Source: Octopus bimaculoides
Taxonomy: Eukaryota
DNA: 64,000 nt
Direction of reading: 5' to 3'
Assembly (NCBI RefSeq): GCF_001194135.2
Contig: NC_068981.1
Location: forward strand, 139,504,432 to 139,568,431
Shown here: piece by piece, positions 12,952 through 24,813 of the stretch
Position numbering within the stretch: position 1 is the stretch's first letter
Layout of the letters: each line of letters begins with the position of its first letter
The notes under the pieces: model-generated
Told to the model about the DNA's origin: nothing
Database searches by the model: none
The model's input: the letters and a program-made list of their open reading frames with translations, nothing else
Translations under genes and position numbers: made by a program

Positions 12952-13366
12952 CACTCCACCTCGCCCCCACCCTCACATTCCACACCCACACTATCTCACC
13001 CCACCCTTACTTCCCCCACCCTTGCTTCCCCCACTCTACCTTCCTCATACCCCAACACCATCACACCACACACCACCATACCACACCACACCAACCCACA
13101 CACACGAGGACTGACCACTTCGCAGCACCCACACCATCATCCACACACCCACACATGCATACACACACGTCAAGGTCACCAACCCCCATCCACATGCACA
13201 TAAACGCTCTCATACAAACGCACGCGCACTTTCGTTTTGGGATCACCTCTACTTTATTATCTCCCCTTCTTCCTTGCTCCCTTGTCTGACCCCTCTGTCC
13301 GGCAGTCGCCATAATACATCGCTAGCCACTAAACCTTTTTATTTTCTCTCTGTTTGTTTCTGTTTC

Positions 13367-13404
13367 TCTTTCTGTTGAAGAGCTTAGGCTCGAAACGTTA
13401 AAGA
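13367..13404 (+). ncRNA. Minimal type I hammerhead-like motif with degenerate core
   Basis: Stem I TCTTT/AAAGA, core CTGTTGA+A, stem II GAGC-ttag-GCTC, GAA, palindromic ACGT, H=T. Confidence 0.5.
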
Positions 13405-13493
13405 CTTTCTTACTTACCGAGCGTTAAACTAATACATCTGTTTGTTGTTTACACACCCGTCTTCGTCTTTTGTTTTTTCTCAAATTTTCACTG

Positions 13494-13546
<53 letters not shown>

Positions 13547-13556
13547 TTACTCCATC

Positions 13557-13925
13557 ACTCTTATTTATTTCAGTCATTTGACTGTGGCCGTGCTGGAGCA
13601 CCGCCTTTAGTCGAACAAATCGATCCCAGTACTTATTCTTTGTAAGCCTAGTACTTATTCCATTGGCCCCTTTTTGCCGAACTGCTTCGTTACGGGGACA
13701 TAAACACACCAACATCGGTTGTTAAGCGATGGTTGGCGGACAAACACACACACACACACACACACACAAATATACGACGAGCTTCTTTCAGTTTCCATCT
13801 ACCAAATCCACTGTCAAGGCCTTAGTCAGTCCGAGGTTATAGTAGAAGACAGTTGCCCAAGCTGCCACGCATTGGCAACTGAACCCGGAACCATGTGGTT
13901 GATGAGCAAACTACTTACCACACAC
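13557..13925 (-). mobile_element. tRNA-SINE family D, full length
   Basis: Reverse complement colinear with 60185-60563, including the internal (CA)n and CAGTCATTTGACTGTGGCCGTGCTGGAGCACCGCC tail. Confidence 0.85.
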
Positions 13926-15851
13926 GCACAATACGCACACACACATACACACACACACACATACATACACGCACACACACACATATATATGGATCTTAAT
14001 TTGTCTTGGGTAACTTTAAGCTTTTAATCTAAACTTATAAAAGTTAAAAGAAATGAATTGTCCATCCATAACTAGAAGCATCTTTAAAGTTTTAAATAAA
14101 AATTGATGCATGGCAAATATTTCCATTCATTTTGATCAGTTATCCGCATATTACTCACATGTTTTAAACGTCTGAGCTCTCTAAATCTCCTCAGGTTAAA
14201 TACTATTGCATTGAAAATTAATTATAATTCTAGCATAGTAGAATTATATTTTCTGACTGAAAGTAAGAGAAAGAAGGAGAGAAGCAGAGAAGAAATAAAT
14301 AGATAGATATATAGATAGATGGCGAGAGAGAGAGAGAGAGAGAGCGAGAGCGAGACAGATAAAGTGATGGACAAAGAGGGACAAAGAGAAAAGAAAATGA
14401 GGAATACAGGATGGGAGAAAGAGAGAGCGTGAAATGGAAAATGTGAGTGCTGTTTTTTCTGAATGTATCGCAGTTATCGTAGAAGTCTCATAAGCAAATG
14501 TCCATTGCCTCTTAAAATTTCAACTTTAATTGATTCCTATCTGGAAGTAATATTATCAAATTATGGCATTTGAAAAATTTTGAGAGTTATCGCTAAAGGC
14601 TTAGGATAGGTTAACATTTAGGTACACAGTATCTCTTGAGCCTTGTTGAAAATTTGTGATAATTTTCCTGAAAGCATACTATTCGGAAATACTTGCAAAT
14701 GAAATGGTATGCTATGTTTTGTCGTGGAACAGGAAAATGGAGATCCCGAAAATCCCTAGGTGACAACAATAAGGCTAAACAAACTAAATGAAAAGTTTTT
14801 GCTAGAACTTGTAGCTAAAATTTAGTCATTCATCTGTTAAGAGTGGTGTATTCTTTGTAAAAATATAGTAATAAAACAGAACAGAAAATACCCTTAGGTA
14901 GCTGAAAACTAATAAAAAGAAAGACAAAATTGCAATTAACATATTACAAGGATTCCGATCATTAAATAAAACCAAAACGTAGTTACAATAACAGTGACAA
15001 CAATAAATTTCATGAATCATAATTGAAAACAAAAGATAAAATCGAAGCCACAGAAAGAAAAAACGCAAACAGAAAAATTAATTCGGAAACGACACACCAA
15101 AAATAACATTAACTAAGTTCCTACAGAAATATAAAAAATAACCGTGGAGAAAGAACTCGCGCAAAAACAATCCAAAAGAAGATTTTAATGATTGTCAATT
15201 TGCAATATGAAATTTAGTTTCTTGTTTGAAATCATTGTGAGATAGTTATTGAAGCCTAAACACGAAATTAAAACAAAATGAATGACAATCGGTTGCACAG
15301 CGATAGTATAGAAGAAATTAGTATTTTACATTGCCTGGAAGCGAAGATGCACGGACAATTAAAAGCATGGAGTGCTTATCTAAGCTTAGATTGTTTAAGA
15401 AATTTTGTTGAAGGTCGTCAGTTTTATAAATATAAAATAATTTAGTGCGTTTGCAAGGAAGAATGATACAAAAATGGTCAGAGAATTGATTATAATCTTG
15501 TATTAACTACAGGATCATTATAAAAAAGAATAGCGTAAGTGATGAGTTATTAAGGAAGTTAATACAAAATAGCGATTTTCAGAAACAGCATTTTGAAGGA
15601 AGTACGTTTTATCAATAAATAGTTGGCTAAGTAGGAGCAAAAATAACAAATAATAATAGATCGTAATTGTGGTTTAATACATATCTGACTATGTTGTTTA
15701 AAAACAAATTACTAATTTTCAGTTTTTGGAACAACACAGGCAATATACATAATACATGTACATAAAAAGTATACATAATACATAGGCAAGTACGTACAAA
15801 AATACATACACGGATAGCAACAGCAGCAACAATAATGATAATAACAGTCAA

Positions 15852-16700
15852 TTGCAGCGTGAAACATTTGTAAGCCATTCAGGAACACATAAAAACCGTC
15901 AGTTTCACTTCAATATTTAATTTCCATGTGTATCAAAATATTTTCGTCGCTTTGAAACCGCGACCTTATTTACTGACAAAACTTGGTGCTGCACCTGAGA
16001 GTTAACAGTTATTTCATGATCTATATGTGTCTATGTATATCATTGTTCAGTTTCATTTCAAAATTTCTTGCCAATAGAGAAAGAGCCGGTTTCTAACCTA
16101 GATTCAAGGCTCCTTCATTGGAGTTTCAACACCAACAACAGGGTGTGTATATACTGTAAGATTATACGTATCGTATATATGTGTGTATACGTGCTTATGT
16201 GATTGTGTGCACTTGTACATAAGTGTAGGTATGTTTATATTTGCATATATGTATCTAAGACATTGTATTTATTCACCCTTAGACGGAGGTGAAAAGAGCA
16301 TATATATATAACTTTCGAAATAGTAACAGTTATATATGCAACTTGAACAGACACATATATATTAGTACATAAAAATACAGTTACATGTATATACACATAT
16401 ATACACACGCAGAAACGTCTACACGCATACGGAAATACTCACATACGTACATACATACATGCGTACATGCATGTATGCGCACGTACACATATACATGTAT
16501 ACATACAAGCATATATGCATACATACATATCATGAACTAACTGTTACTCTCCCAGGTGGAGCGCCAGGTTTTGTCAGTGGGCAGGTCGCTGTTTCAAAGG
16601 GACGAAAATATTTTGACACAAATGAAAATTGAATGTTGAAGTGAAACTAACGTTGTTTTGTGTATTCTTGAATGACTTACAAACATCTTCCACGCTGCAA
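15852..16700. mobile_element. Foldback element with about 165-bp inverted repeats carrying degenerate HHR-like folds
   Basis: 15852-16020 is the reverse complement of 16530-16700; low-complexity TA/CA interior. Confidence 0.7.
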
Positions 16701-16759
16701 GTGCTTTTGTTTGAGCACACGATCTCATATCAATTCACTTGCTATGCAAATACATTTCC

Positions 16760-16791
<32 letters not shown>

Positions 16792-16873
16792 TTCAACTAG
16801 CAATAACCACACCTCGGATACACCTCATTGGTCATGGTAACATAATAGTGATAATGATTTAACTGAACCTTAA

Positions 16874-16921
<48 letters not shown>

Positions 16922-17250
16922 NNNNNNNNNNNNNNNNNNNNNNNNNNNNNNNNNNNNNNNNNNNNNNNNNNNNNNNNNNNNNNNNNNNNNNNNNNNNNNN
17001 NNNNNNNNNNNNNNNNNNNNNNNNNNNNNNNNNNNNNNNNNNNNNNNNNNNNNNNNNNNNNNNNNNNNNNNNNNNNNNNNNNNNNNNNNNNNNNNNNNNN
17101 NNNNNNNNNNNNNNNNNNNNNNNNNNNNNNNNNNNNNNNNNNNNNNNNNNNNNNNNNNNNNNNNNNNNNNNNNNNNNNNNNNNNNNNNNNNNNNNNNNNN
17201 NNNNNNNNNNNNNNNNNNNNNNNNNNNNNNNNNNNNNNNNNNNNNNNNNN
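16922..17250. other. Assembly gap (N run) flanked by (CA)n
   Basis: Run of N. Confidence 1.
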
Positions 17251-17485
17251 CACACACACACACACACGTACATGCATATATACTCTCATACGTATCCACA
17301 CACACACACGCTAAAATGCATATACATCTACACATACGCACATACATATAAATATATGTACACTCATGAAACTGATATATATATATATATATTTGACAGG
17401 AAGGACAACAAAATAAAGAGACCTCGATATTATGCAAATAGAGGAATTTATCTGTAAAAATATGTGACACTTATTCAGTAGCCAT

Positions 17486-17546
17486 GATAAAACTCCGAGT
17501 TTCGGATGCCAGGGTGGGAGCCCATGCCAACATCTCTTCAGTTATC
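17486..17546 (-). ncRNA. Type I hammerhead ribozyme candidate with canonical core
   Basis: Minus strand: GATAA-CTGAAGA-GATGTTGG(loop)CTGGCATC-C-GAA-ACTC-g-GAGT-T-TTATC. Stem I 5 bp, stem II 8 bp (3 GU) plus one extra C, stem III 4 bp, GUU site. Confidence 0.7.
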
Positions 17547-17604
17547 CGGCCAATTGAAAAACAAGGGAAGTACAAAAAGCACATGAAGAAAACATAGGTG
17601 GGAT

Positions 17605-18358
17605 TGGATGAAGAAGGGCACACTGAAAGAGACTGGGAGTACTATACTGGCTGCACAAAACTAAGCTTTGGACACAAACTGAGGGGTCAACCTTAGGAAT
17701 GAGCAAATGTGCCGCATTTGTAATTGTGGCTGAATCCATTGCTCATATCGCGAACGAATTCTCTGTACTTGATCAAAACCACTACAGGTTGTGGCCACAC
17801 GATGAGGTAGCGAAACTGTGAAAAGTGGGGGCTAGAGAGAGGTAAGACGTGGTATAAGCACACACTATAGAGAATGAAAAAGTCGGAAACCTACAGAGTC
17901 CTCTTGGATTTTCCCCATCCAAACAGATTAGGTACTAGAGCATGACAGACCGGACCTAGCGTTGGTGGACAAGATGCGCATGTGCTATATAGTTGATATT
18001 GCGTGCTTCTCTGACCCACGAATAGTTAAGAAGGAAGTCGATAGAACAGATACATACAATCCTCTTCAGCACGAAATAGCCCGGCTATGAAAAATAAAGA
18101 AAGTGAAAATAGTGCGAATTATTGTTGGGTCTTTGGGAACAGTATCAAAAGGCATCAAGATGAATATAAAGGGAATCGGAATAGAGTATCTAGTGGAGCT
18201 GTTACAAAACCTTTGCTTCCTTGGCACGCTTAGAATAATCAGGAAAGAGTTAGGTAGTTGAAAAGTACAGATAGCGTGGTACCATAGGCTGCAGGCAGCA
18301 AGGTCGCTACTCATGTAATACTCCTGGAGCTACAACAAAACTTGAGATGAAAACAAAA
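17605..18358 (+). mobile_element. R4/Dong-clade non-LTR retrotransposon, 3' part (degenerate CCHC region and restriction-like endonuclease) plus 3' UTR
   Basis: Translates across frameshifts and stops to WMKKGTLKET..ILAAQN*AL, ESIAHIA..HDEVAK, HDRPDLALVDK..IVDIA..KKE, IIVGSLGTVSK, LQNLCFLGTLRIIRKEL; stop at 18259-18261. Confidence 0.85.
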
Positions 18359-18573
18359 ATCCTCCTTTCCACTAAAGGCACAAGGCCTGAAATTTTTTGG
18401 GGGAAGGGACTAGTCAATTACATTGAACCCGGTGTTTCACTGGTACTTAATATATCGATCCCAAAAGAATGAAAGGCAAGGTCGACTTTGGCAGAACTTA
18501 AACTCAGAACGTGAAGATGGACGAAATGCCGCTAAATATTTCACTCGGTCTGCTAACGGTTCTGGCAGCTCGC

Positions 18574-18574
<1 letters not shown>
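18359..18574 (-). mobile_element. tRNA-SINE family A
   Basis: Colinear with other family A copies; head abuts (TTA)n at 18575-18609. Confidence 0.85.
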
Positions 18575-18610
<36 letters not shown>

Positions 18611-18612
<2 letters not shown>

Positions 18613-18804
18613 CGAGCTGGCAGATTCTTTAGCGCGCCGGCATTTCGTCCGTCTTTACGTTCTGAGTTTAAATCTGTCGAGTTCAACTTTGCCTTTCATA
18701 CTTTCGGGATCGATAAACTAAGTTCCAATTGAACTCTGGGGTCGATGTAATCGACTAGTCCCCTCCCAAGAAATTTGAGGCTTTGTGCCTCCAGTAGAAA
18801 GGAT
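18611..18804 (+). mobile_element. tRNA-SINE family A, head-to-head with previous copy
   Basis: GCGAGCTGGCAGATTCTTTAGCGCGCCGG head; GGATTATTATT tail. Confidence 0.85.
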
Positions 18805-18835
18805 TATTATTATCATTAATGATAATAATAATCAA

Positions 18836-18985
18836 TTCTACTATAGGCACAAGGCTTGGAATTTTGGTGAAAAGCTTAGTCGATTAAATTTACCGCAATG
18901 GACAGCTGGTACTTATTTCATCGATCCCTAATTGATGAACGCCCGAAGGTGACATCGCTTGAATTTGAACTCAGAAGGTAACGAG
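18836..18985 (-). mobile_element. tRNA-SINE family A-related, 3' part, diverged
   Basis: CTACTATAGGCACAAGGC tail, CTGGTACTTATTTCATCGATCC body, GAATTTGAACTCAG B-box. Confidence 0.65.
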
Positions 18986-19429
18986 CCCCCCTCCCAAATA
19001 CTGCTAATAATAATGGGTTCTGTATTAAGCACTAAGAGGTTAAGAAAAATCGAGGACGGTGCTGGACGATAATATATGAAGGTGTGTAAAGAGTAAATGT
19101 AACAAAAACAAAGAAACAAGAAATTCATTGCAAAAAAATATCTCCACTTCAAAGATGGAGCGGGGGATTTCCAGAGAGTTGCTTGTGGAAACCTCACAAA
19201 ACCACGGTCACCGTGTCTCCATCCTTCTTCAACTCTATCGTCCCCATTTTAACACCACCACCGCTATCACAGACACCATCACAAATGCAAACGCAACCAA
19301 ATTCCCACACCCACTGACAGTCAGATCACATATTTTAACAAAAAAAAAAAAAAAAACATCTTTTATTACACAGCCATAAACACAATAATAAATCACATTC
19401 ACGAAATGGTAAGCTTCACGCTACAGGTG

Positions 19430-21345
19430 AATGTTCAGAGCAGACCCGTTCACCCAGCCTATGCCTGACACTCTCACTCAGTGTTCAACAAATCTGTTGG
19501 GAGCAGAACTTCCCTCACTGCCTCATTTTCCACTTTAAGTGAAATTCGAAAAAAGTTGATGAGACCTTGATGATAGAAGAGTGTGTCCTTCACTTAACCT
19601 CTCCCGATATGAAAAAAAGTAAGAAGAAACACTTTATTTCTGTGGAGGGATAGGCATTCTGTCCTTCCTGCTATTTGCGGGTATTTCTACAGGTGTTTCT
19701 TTAGAGAGTTTCTAATTTATAGTCCCTCTGAAGTCTCCTACTTCTTGAGTGTGTTTATCTTTTGGAATGATCTAAGTCTGTTATAATATTTGAATGACTT
19801 TTATGTGTAGTAGAATGCTATTTGTTATTGTAATGTGGTTGTGCGTGATGCTTATAGATAAATTTGTGTATGAAATTTATTTTTGTGTTTATGGCTGTGT
19901 AATAAAAGATTTCTCTTTTTTCTTGTTCGAACTGACTATTGATATGTGAATTTGGTTGTGCTTGTACTTGTGATGGTGTCTGTGATAACGGTGGTGGTGA
20001 TAGTTCTGGTATAGCTGTGGTGTCGATGTATCATTGCTTAGCGACACTTCCACCGTTTGTTTATATCCGCCAGATATTTTGGTTGGCGTATTTTTGATTC
20101 ATTTCTTTTATTTTCGTGTATTTCTATTAGTGTTTACAATTTGATATCCACTTCGTCACATTCACCATACATGTCTGTGTTGTGAGTTGGAGGAGAAGCA
20201 TGTCTTATGGAGTCTTGTTGTATCGTTCTGTTGTTGATATAATTGTTGCCACTGTTGTTTTAGCTCTCCGTGGTGGTGGTCGTGGTGTGTTTTATTTCTC
20301 TTTTTGCTGTTGCTCCCACTGTTGTTGTTTTTCTTGTTGTTGCTGCTAGAGTCACTGCATTTTTCGCGGAGCTCATTTTGCACTTGCTGTCACTGATGCT
20401 GTTGTGGCCGCATTCCACTGTTGGTGTTACTGCTGTTTCTTCTGTTGATGTTGTTGCTGTTGTGTTAAAGGTTTCGGAAGAAGTGGTGGTTTTCTTTCTC
20501 TCCTTTATTGCTGTGGATGACACCATAACGTAACATTGGAACCGCGTACCCTAAACGGATTCGTAGATTTTTATGTCGTCTAGCAGATTGATCAGGTCCG
20601 GGATAGATTCCATTATTCATTGAGCTGTTGGGATTAATAATTCCATACCTCGTCCTTAACAATTTAACATAAAAGTTTATGCAGCCTCTGGACCTACAGA
20701 ATATTCAGAATATTAGTTTGGTTCTCAATATCAAAAAGGACAATTGCCACCAATTCGACTGTTCATTTTAACTATTCTACAACCAAAGTAAATTATTATG
20801 AGGACCATATTGTCAATCCTTTGGGCTATTGTGGTGTACTTCTTGACTTCATTTTATCTAGGTAATTTTACTACTGTTCTGGTTTTTTTCTAGGGACATA
20901 TGTTTTAGTACGCCAGATTTGTCTGAGACACTTTTCAATTTGCAGCTGTGTCACGTGCTCTATCTTCTTACTTTTCGTCGCTAATATTTTGCATACTACA
21001 GTTCTGAATTTGGTTTCTGAATGAATAGATCTTGGGATGTTGACCATAACATTTTGTCCATACCTCGTAAAATTTATTTTTTTGTGTTTAGTTTAATTCT
21101 TCAAACGTTAAAATAACGTCTTCTATTTCGTGGACCACGTCGGTGAAACTGCAAACGCTAGATTTGTAAGTTGTCGTGTATGAATTTTTGTTGTGTTGAC
21201 ATTACTGGTACTGATGGCAGCTGAGGTGAAAGGGCTCGGTCATATCTTTAAAGAACAATTTGGGTTTTTGTTTTTTCTTCGTGCTATACTGTCATTGTTG
21301 CTACAGGTGAAGTACTTTCGCCCGGCAGGTGCCCTGTGGGTGAGC
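19430..21345 (-). mobile_element. Degenerate LINE fragment (ORF1-like, L1/Tx1 style, Thr-rich tail)
   Basis: Minus frame PDLINLLDDIKIYESV*GTRFQCYV resembles the V-x-G-R-x-P-x-C zinc-knuckle lead-in, followed by a Thr-rich tract (ORF 20260-20526); many stops. Confidence 0.4.
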
Positions 21346-21349
21346 AGCA

Positions 21350-21645
21350 CAGTCCCGGTCGTCATTATACGGCTGCAAGAACCAAATGGACTAAGAGGAT
21401 GAATACATGAGAACAGAGCAAGCCTAAAAAAACTGCACTGCCGGGGACAGCTACGATTTTGAGGTTGGTACTTGGATGTTGAATGTCTGTTACGACAATT
21501 AACAACCAAGTATCAAAGCTCATAATGTCTGGAAAGAGACCTTGTGAGACCTCTGACAGCATGATGCTGTCCACTCTCACAGAATCTACCAGAGCAAACA
21601 AGACCGAGCGCTCTGAGAAATAAAGCAATAATAAGAATAATAATA
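21350..21645 (+). mobile_element. R4/Dong-clade LINE extreme 3' end with (TAA)n tail
   Basis: TVPVVI..KKTALPGTATILRLVLGC* (stop 21480-21482), paralleling the C-terminus at 18200-18261, then UTR and AAT repeats. Confidence 0.7.
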
Positions 21646-21646
21646 A

Positions 21647-21861
21647 TCCTTTCTATAAAAGGCACAAGGCCTGAAATTTGTGGGAAGGGGACTAGTCGAT
21701 TATATCGACCCCAGTATTTCATTGGTACTTAATTTATCGACCGCGAAAGGATAAAAGGCTTAGTCGACCTTGGCGGAATTTGAACTAAGTGGGTAAGGAC
21801 GGACGAAATGCCGTTAAGCATTTTGCCCGGCATGCTGACGATTCTGCCAGCTCACTGCCTT
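21647..21861 (-). mobile_element. tRNA-SINE family A, array copy 1
   Basis: Full-length, colinear with other copies. Confidence 0.9.
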
Positions 21862-21923
21862 AATAATAATAATAATAATGATGATAATAATAGTCATGAT
21901 AATAATAATGATAATAATAATAA

Positions 21924-22131
21924 TCCTTTCTACTGCAAGCACAAGGCCTCAAATTTTGGGGAAGAGATTTAGTCGATTACATCGACCCCAGTGTGTAGCC
22001 GCTACTTATTTAATCGATCCCCAAATGATGAAAGGTAAAGTCAACCTCAGCGGAATTTGAACTCAGAACGTAGCAGCAGAAGAAATACCGCTAAGCCCGA
22101 TGTACTAACGATTCTGCCAGCTCGCCAACTT
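21924..22131 (-). mobile_element. tRNA-SINE family A, array copy 2
   Basis: Full-length, small internal deletion in head. Confidence 0.9.
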
Positions 22132-22154
22132 AATAATAATAATAACAACGCTAA

Positions 22155-22349
22155 TTTCTACTATAGGCACAAGGCCAGACATCTTTGTGGGGAGGCATAG
22201 TCGATTACACCGACCCCAGTGTTTCACTGGCACTTACCCCGAAAGATAAACTTGACTTCGGCAGAATTTGAACTCAGAACGTAGCGACAAGCGAAATACC
22301 GCTAAACATTTCGTCCAGCGTGCTAACGATTCTACCTTCTCGCCGCCTT
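22155..22349 (-). mobile_element. tRNA-SINE family A, array copy 3
   Basis: Full-length, internal deletion in body. Confidence 0.9.
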
Positions 22350-22398
22350 GATGATGATAATGATGCTAATAATAATAATAATAATGATAATAACAATA

Positions 22399-22614
22399 AT
22401 CCTTTCTACTATAGGCACAAGGCCTGAAATTTTTGGGGAGGTAGCCAGTCGATTAGAACGACACCAGAACGCAAATGGTGCTTAGTTTATCGGCCCCGAA
22501 AGGATGAAAAGCAAAGTCGACCTCGGCGGAATTTGAACTCAGAACATATTGACGAGCGAATTACTGCTAAGCATTTCGTCCAGTGCGCTAACGATCCTCC
22601 CAGCTCGCTGCCTT
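22399..22614 (-). mobile_element. tRNA-SINE family A, array copy 4
   Basis: Full-length, colinear with other copies. Confidence 0.9.
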
Positions 22615-22657
22615 ACTACTACTACTACTACTACTACCAACAACAACAACAACAACA

Positions 22658-22697
<40 letters not shown>
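22613..22697. repeat. Compound trinucleotide microsatellite (CTA)n-(CAA)n-(CAG)n
   Basis: Direct sequence. Confidence 0.95.
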
Positions 22698-23189
22698 TTG
22701 TAATCGTAATAAAATAAGTAAATAGGTGCGGAATATATATATATATATATATACATACACAAGCATGGAATATATTTTTCCGGACGGTGTAAACGCATAC
22801 CAAAAATAAGTTATTTCGCAATTATACCGTGATCATATTCTAAGGTATGCGAAGGTAAATATACTGGATTATGTTGTCAAGTACTATCGGTTAAAGAAGT
22901 GCCTTTTGATCGAATTATTAATCATATCAGACGTAATGTGTTTCGAAAGAAAATGGAGAACGTTTCTAAATGTATAGATATCTGGAAAGGGAGATAAATG
23001 CGATGTGGATATTAAAAATAGAAATAATCCCTATCACAATAAGTATTCGGCAAATGATTTAAATAAACGCGAACAAAATACATAAACAATTTATACATGC
23101 AGAAAAGATAGAGAAAATTATCCTTATAGGGACTGCATATTATTTTACACGAGAATTCACAATATTCCCATACCAAGTATAGGAACAAT

Positions 23190-23365
23190 GTTTGTAATTT
23201 GGGGGAGAAGATAGACAATTAAATTCGATTCCAGTATTTAGCTGGTGGTTTTAACATATTGACGCCGAAAGGATGAAAAGTAATGTTACTCTCGGTCGAA
23301 TTTGAATTCAAAATACAAAGTCCTGGGACAAAATTTCGTGAAGCATTTTCTCAGCAGTCTAACCC
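23190..23365 (-). mobile_element. Old family A-related SINE remnant
   Basis: GCCGAAAGGATGAAAAG..GAATTTGAATTCAAAA motifs. Confidence 0.55.
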
Positions 23366-23719
23366 TGACAGAATGATACTAACACTGAGCTCACTAAAGT
23401 TACGCAGAAATACATTTAAATTTGCTGTGAAAAAACCCGCATTATTCAAATAAACTTTTTTAAAAACTAAATATATGCTTTTATACGGTCAATACTTCCT
23501 CAGAGATGATGGCTTATATATACATACAATCAACTATTTGTAAGTTGTATCAACAAATCGTGCCTAAGAGATGTATGAGAAGCTACAAAAAATTCATGAT
23601 ACAAGAGCAGGATATATGGAAAAACAAATACCTACAATTTCAACAAAAGAGAAGACAAGTGTATCTTGTCTGATCTGAGAAAGAAAAAAACAATCACACT
23701 CTTCTACTACAAATAATAG

Positions 23720-23832
23720 CTGTTTCAAATTTTGGCACAAGGCCAGAAAGTTTAGAGGCTGGGGGTTAGCCGATTACATTGACCCGGAAAGGATGAAAGA
23801 CAAAGCTGACACGTGCGGGAATCTGACTTGAA
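23720..23832 (-). mobile_element. Family A-related SINE 3' remnant
   Basis: TTTTGGCACAAGGCCAG..GATTACATTGACCCGGAAAGGATGAAAGACAAAG. Confidence 0.6.
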
Positions 23833-24159
23833 TTGTTGATGACATGTGTTAAAGTCTTGACTAGCAACTTTGCAAAAATCTTTTACTCTGGATTGAGGAA
23901 AATTTTGGGACTAAAGTTGTTCATTTTGTCTCCTTTGTTCGGGTTCCTCCTCAGCTATACTGCTCGGTTCATACAGCAATCTGCTGACAGCCGCAATAAA
24001 CACTTCCTAAAGAAGTAGTGTGGTATACAACAAAGAAGTACATTAACTTCAGCACTTTTCCTATTACACATTTCCACATCATGTCCGTAACTTCATCTCC
24101 TGAAATCAAATTTTCTCAATACTTTCTGTCTTCGATATAAGTCGCAGAAAACCGTTTAA

Positions 24160-24771
24160 CCCATTAATGCCCAGCGCATGATTTATCATTCGCTTTTTTG
24201 TTTCAGACGAAAATATTCATATAAAATAATTTCATAAATTTAGGCATCAAAAACCTTTCTAAAAATAAAAAAATAATAATTCATCTACCAATATTTGGCA
24301 TCAAAGCCATACTTTGATTATTTATACAGTGTGGTAGACTCATTTCTTTCAGTGTCAAATTTTGAAGTGAGGAAGAAGTGCTACCGGTGGTAAGTTTTTT
24401 TTATTTGTATGCTTTAAATGTTTTGTAATATTTTATTTTGCTTTTGTATTTTTTATTAAGCATACATTACTTTTGCAAACCAAACACGTCTTAATAATCT
24501 AAGTAAATAAATTTTCGATTTAATAACGTTTGTATATGTGCGTATGATAAAACCTGCGCTGGGAATTTGAGTGTACATTTCATTCAAAATGAAGTTTTTC
24601 AGGTTTGGACATAAAATCGTTAATTCTGTTAACAATAAGCCAAAAAACTTTAAAACAATTGTAAATTAAAATGTTTTGCTCTTGAATCTTAAATTTTCTA
24701 TATCTATAATTTGTTTCTTCATAAAAAGTAGCCTATTTACTAGCAAATTAATATTTGCCTAAGTGCAAGTG

Positions 24772-24813
<42 letters not shown>

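Noticed and set aside
16070-16130. Minus-strand CCAATGA..GAAACCGG as another hammerhead
   Set aside because: Core has two substitutions and stem III and the cleavage site do not pair convincingly.
20270-20533. Hydrophobic 87-aa plus-strand ORF resembling a membrane protein
   Set aside because: Antisense of an ACA/ACC-rich Thr tract in the LINE-like region; Val-rich by composition only.
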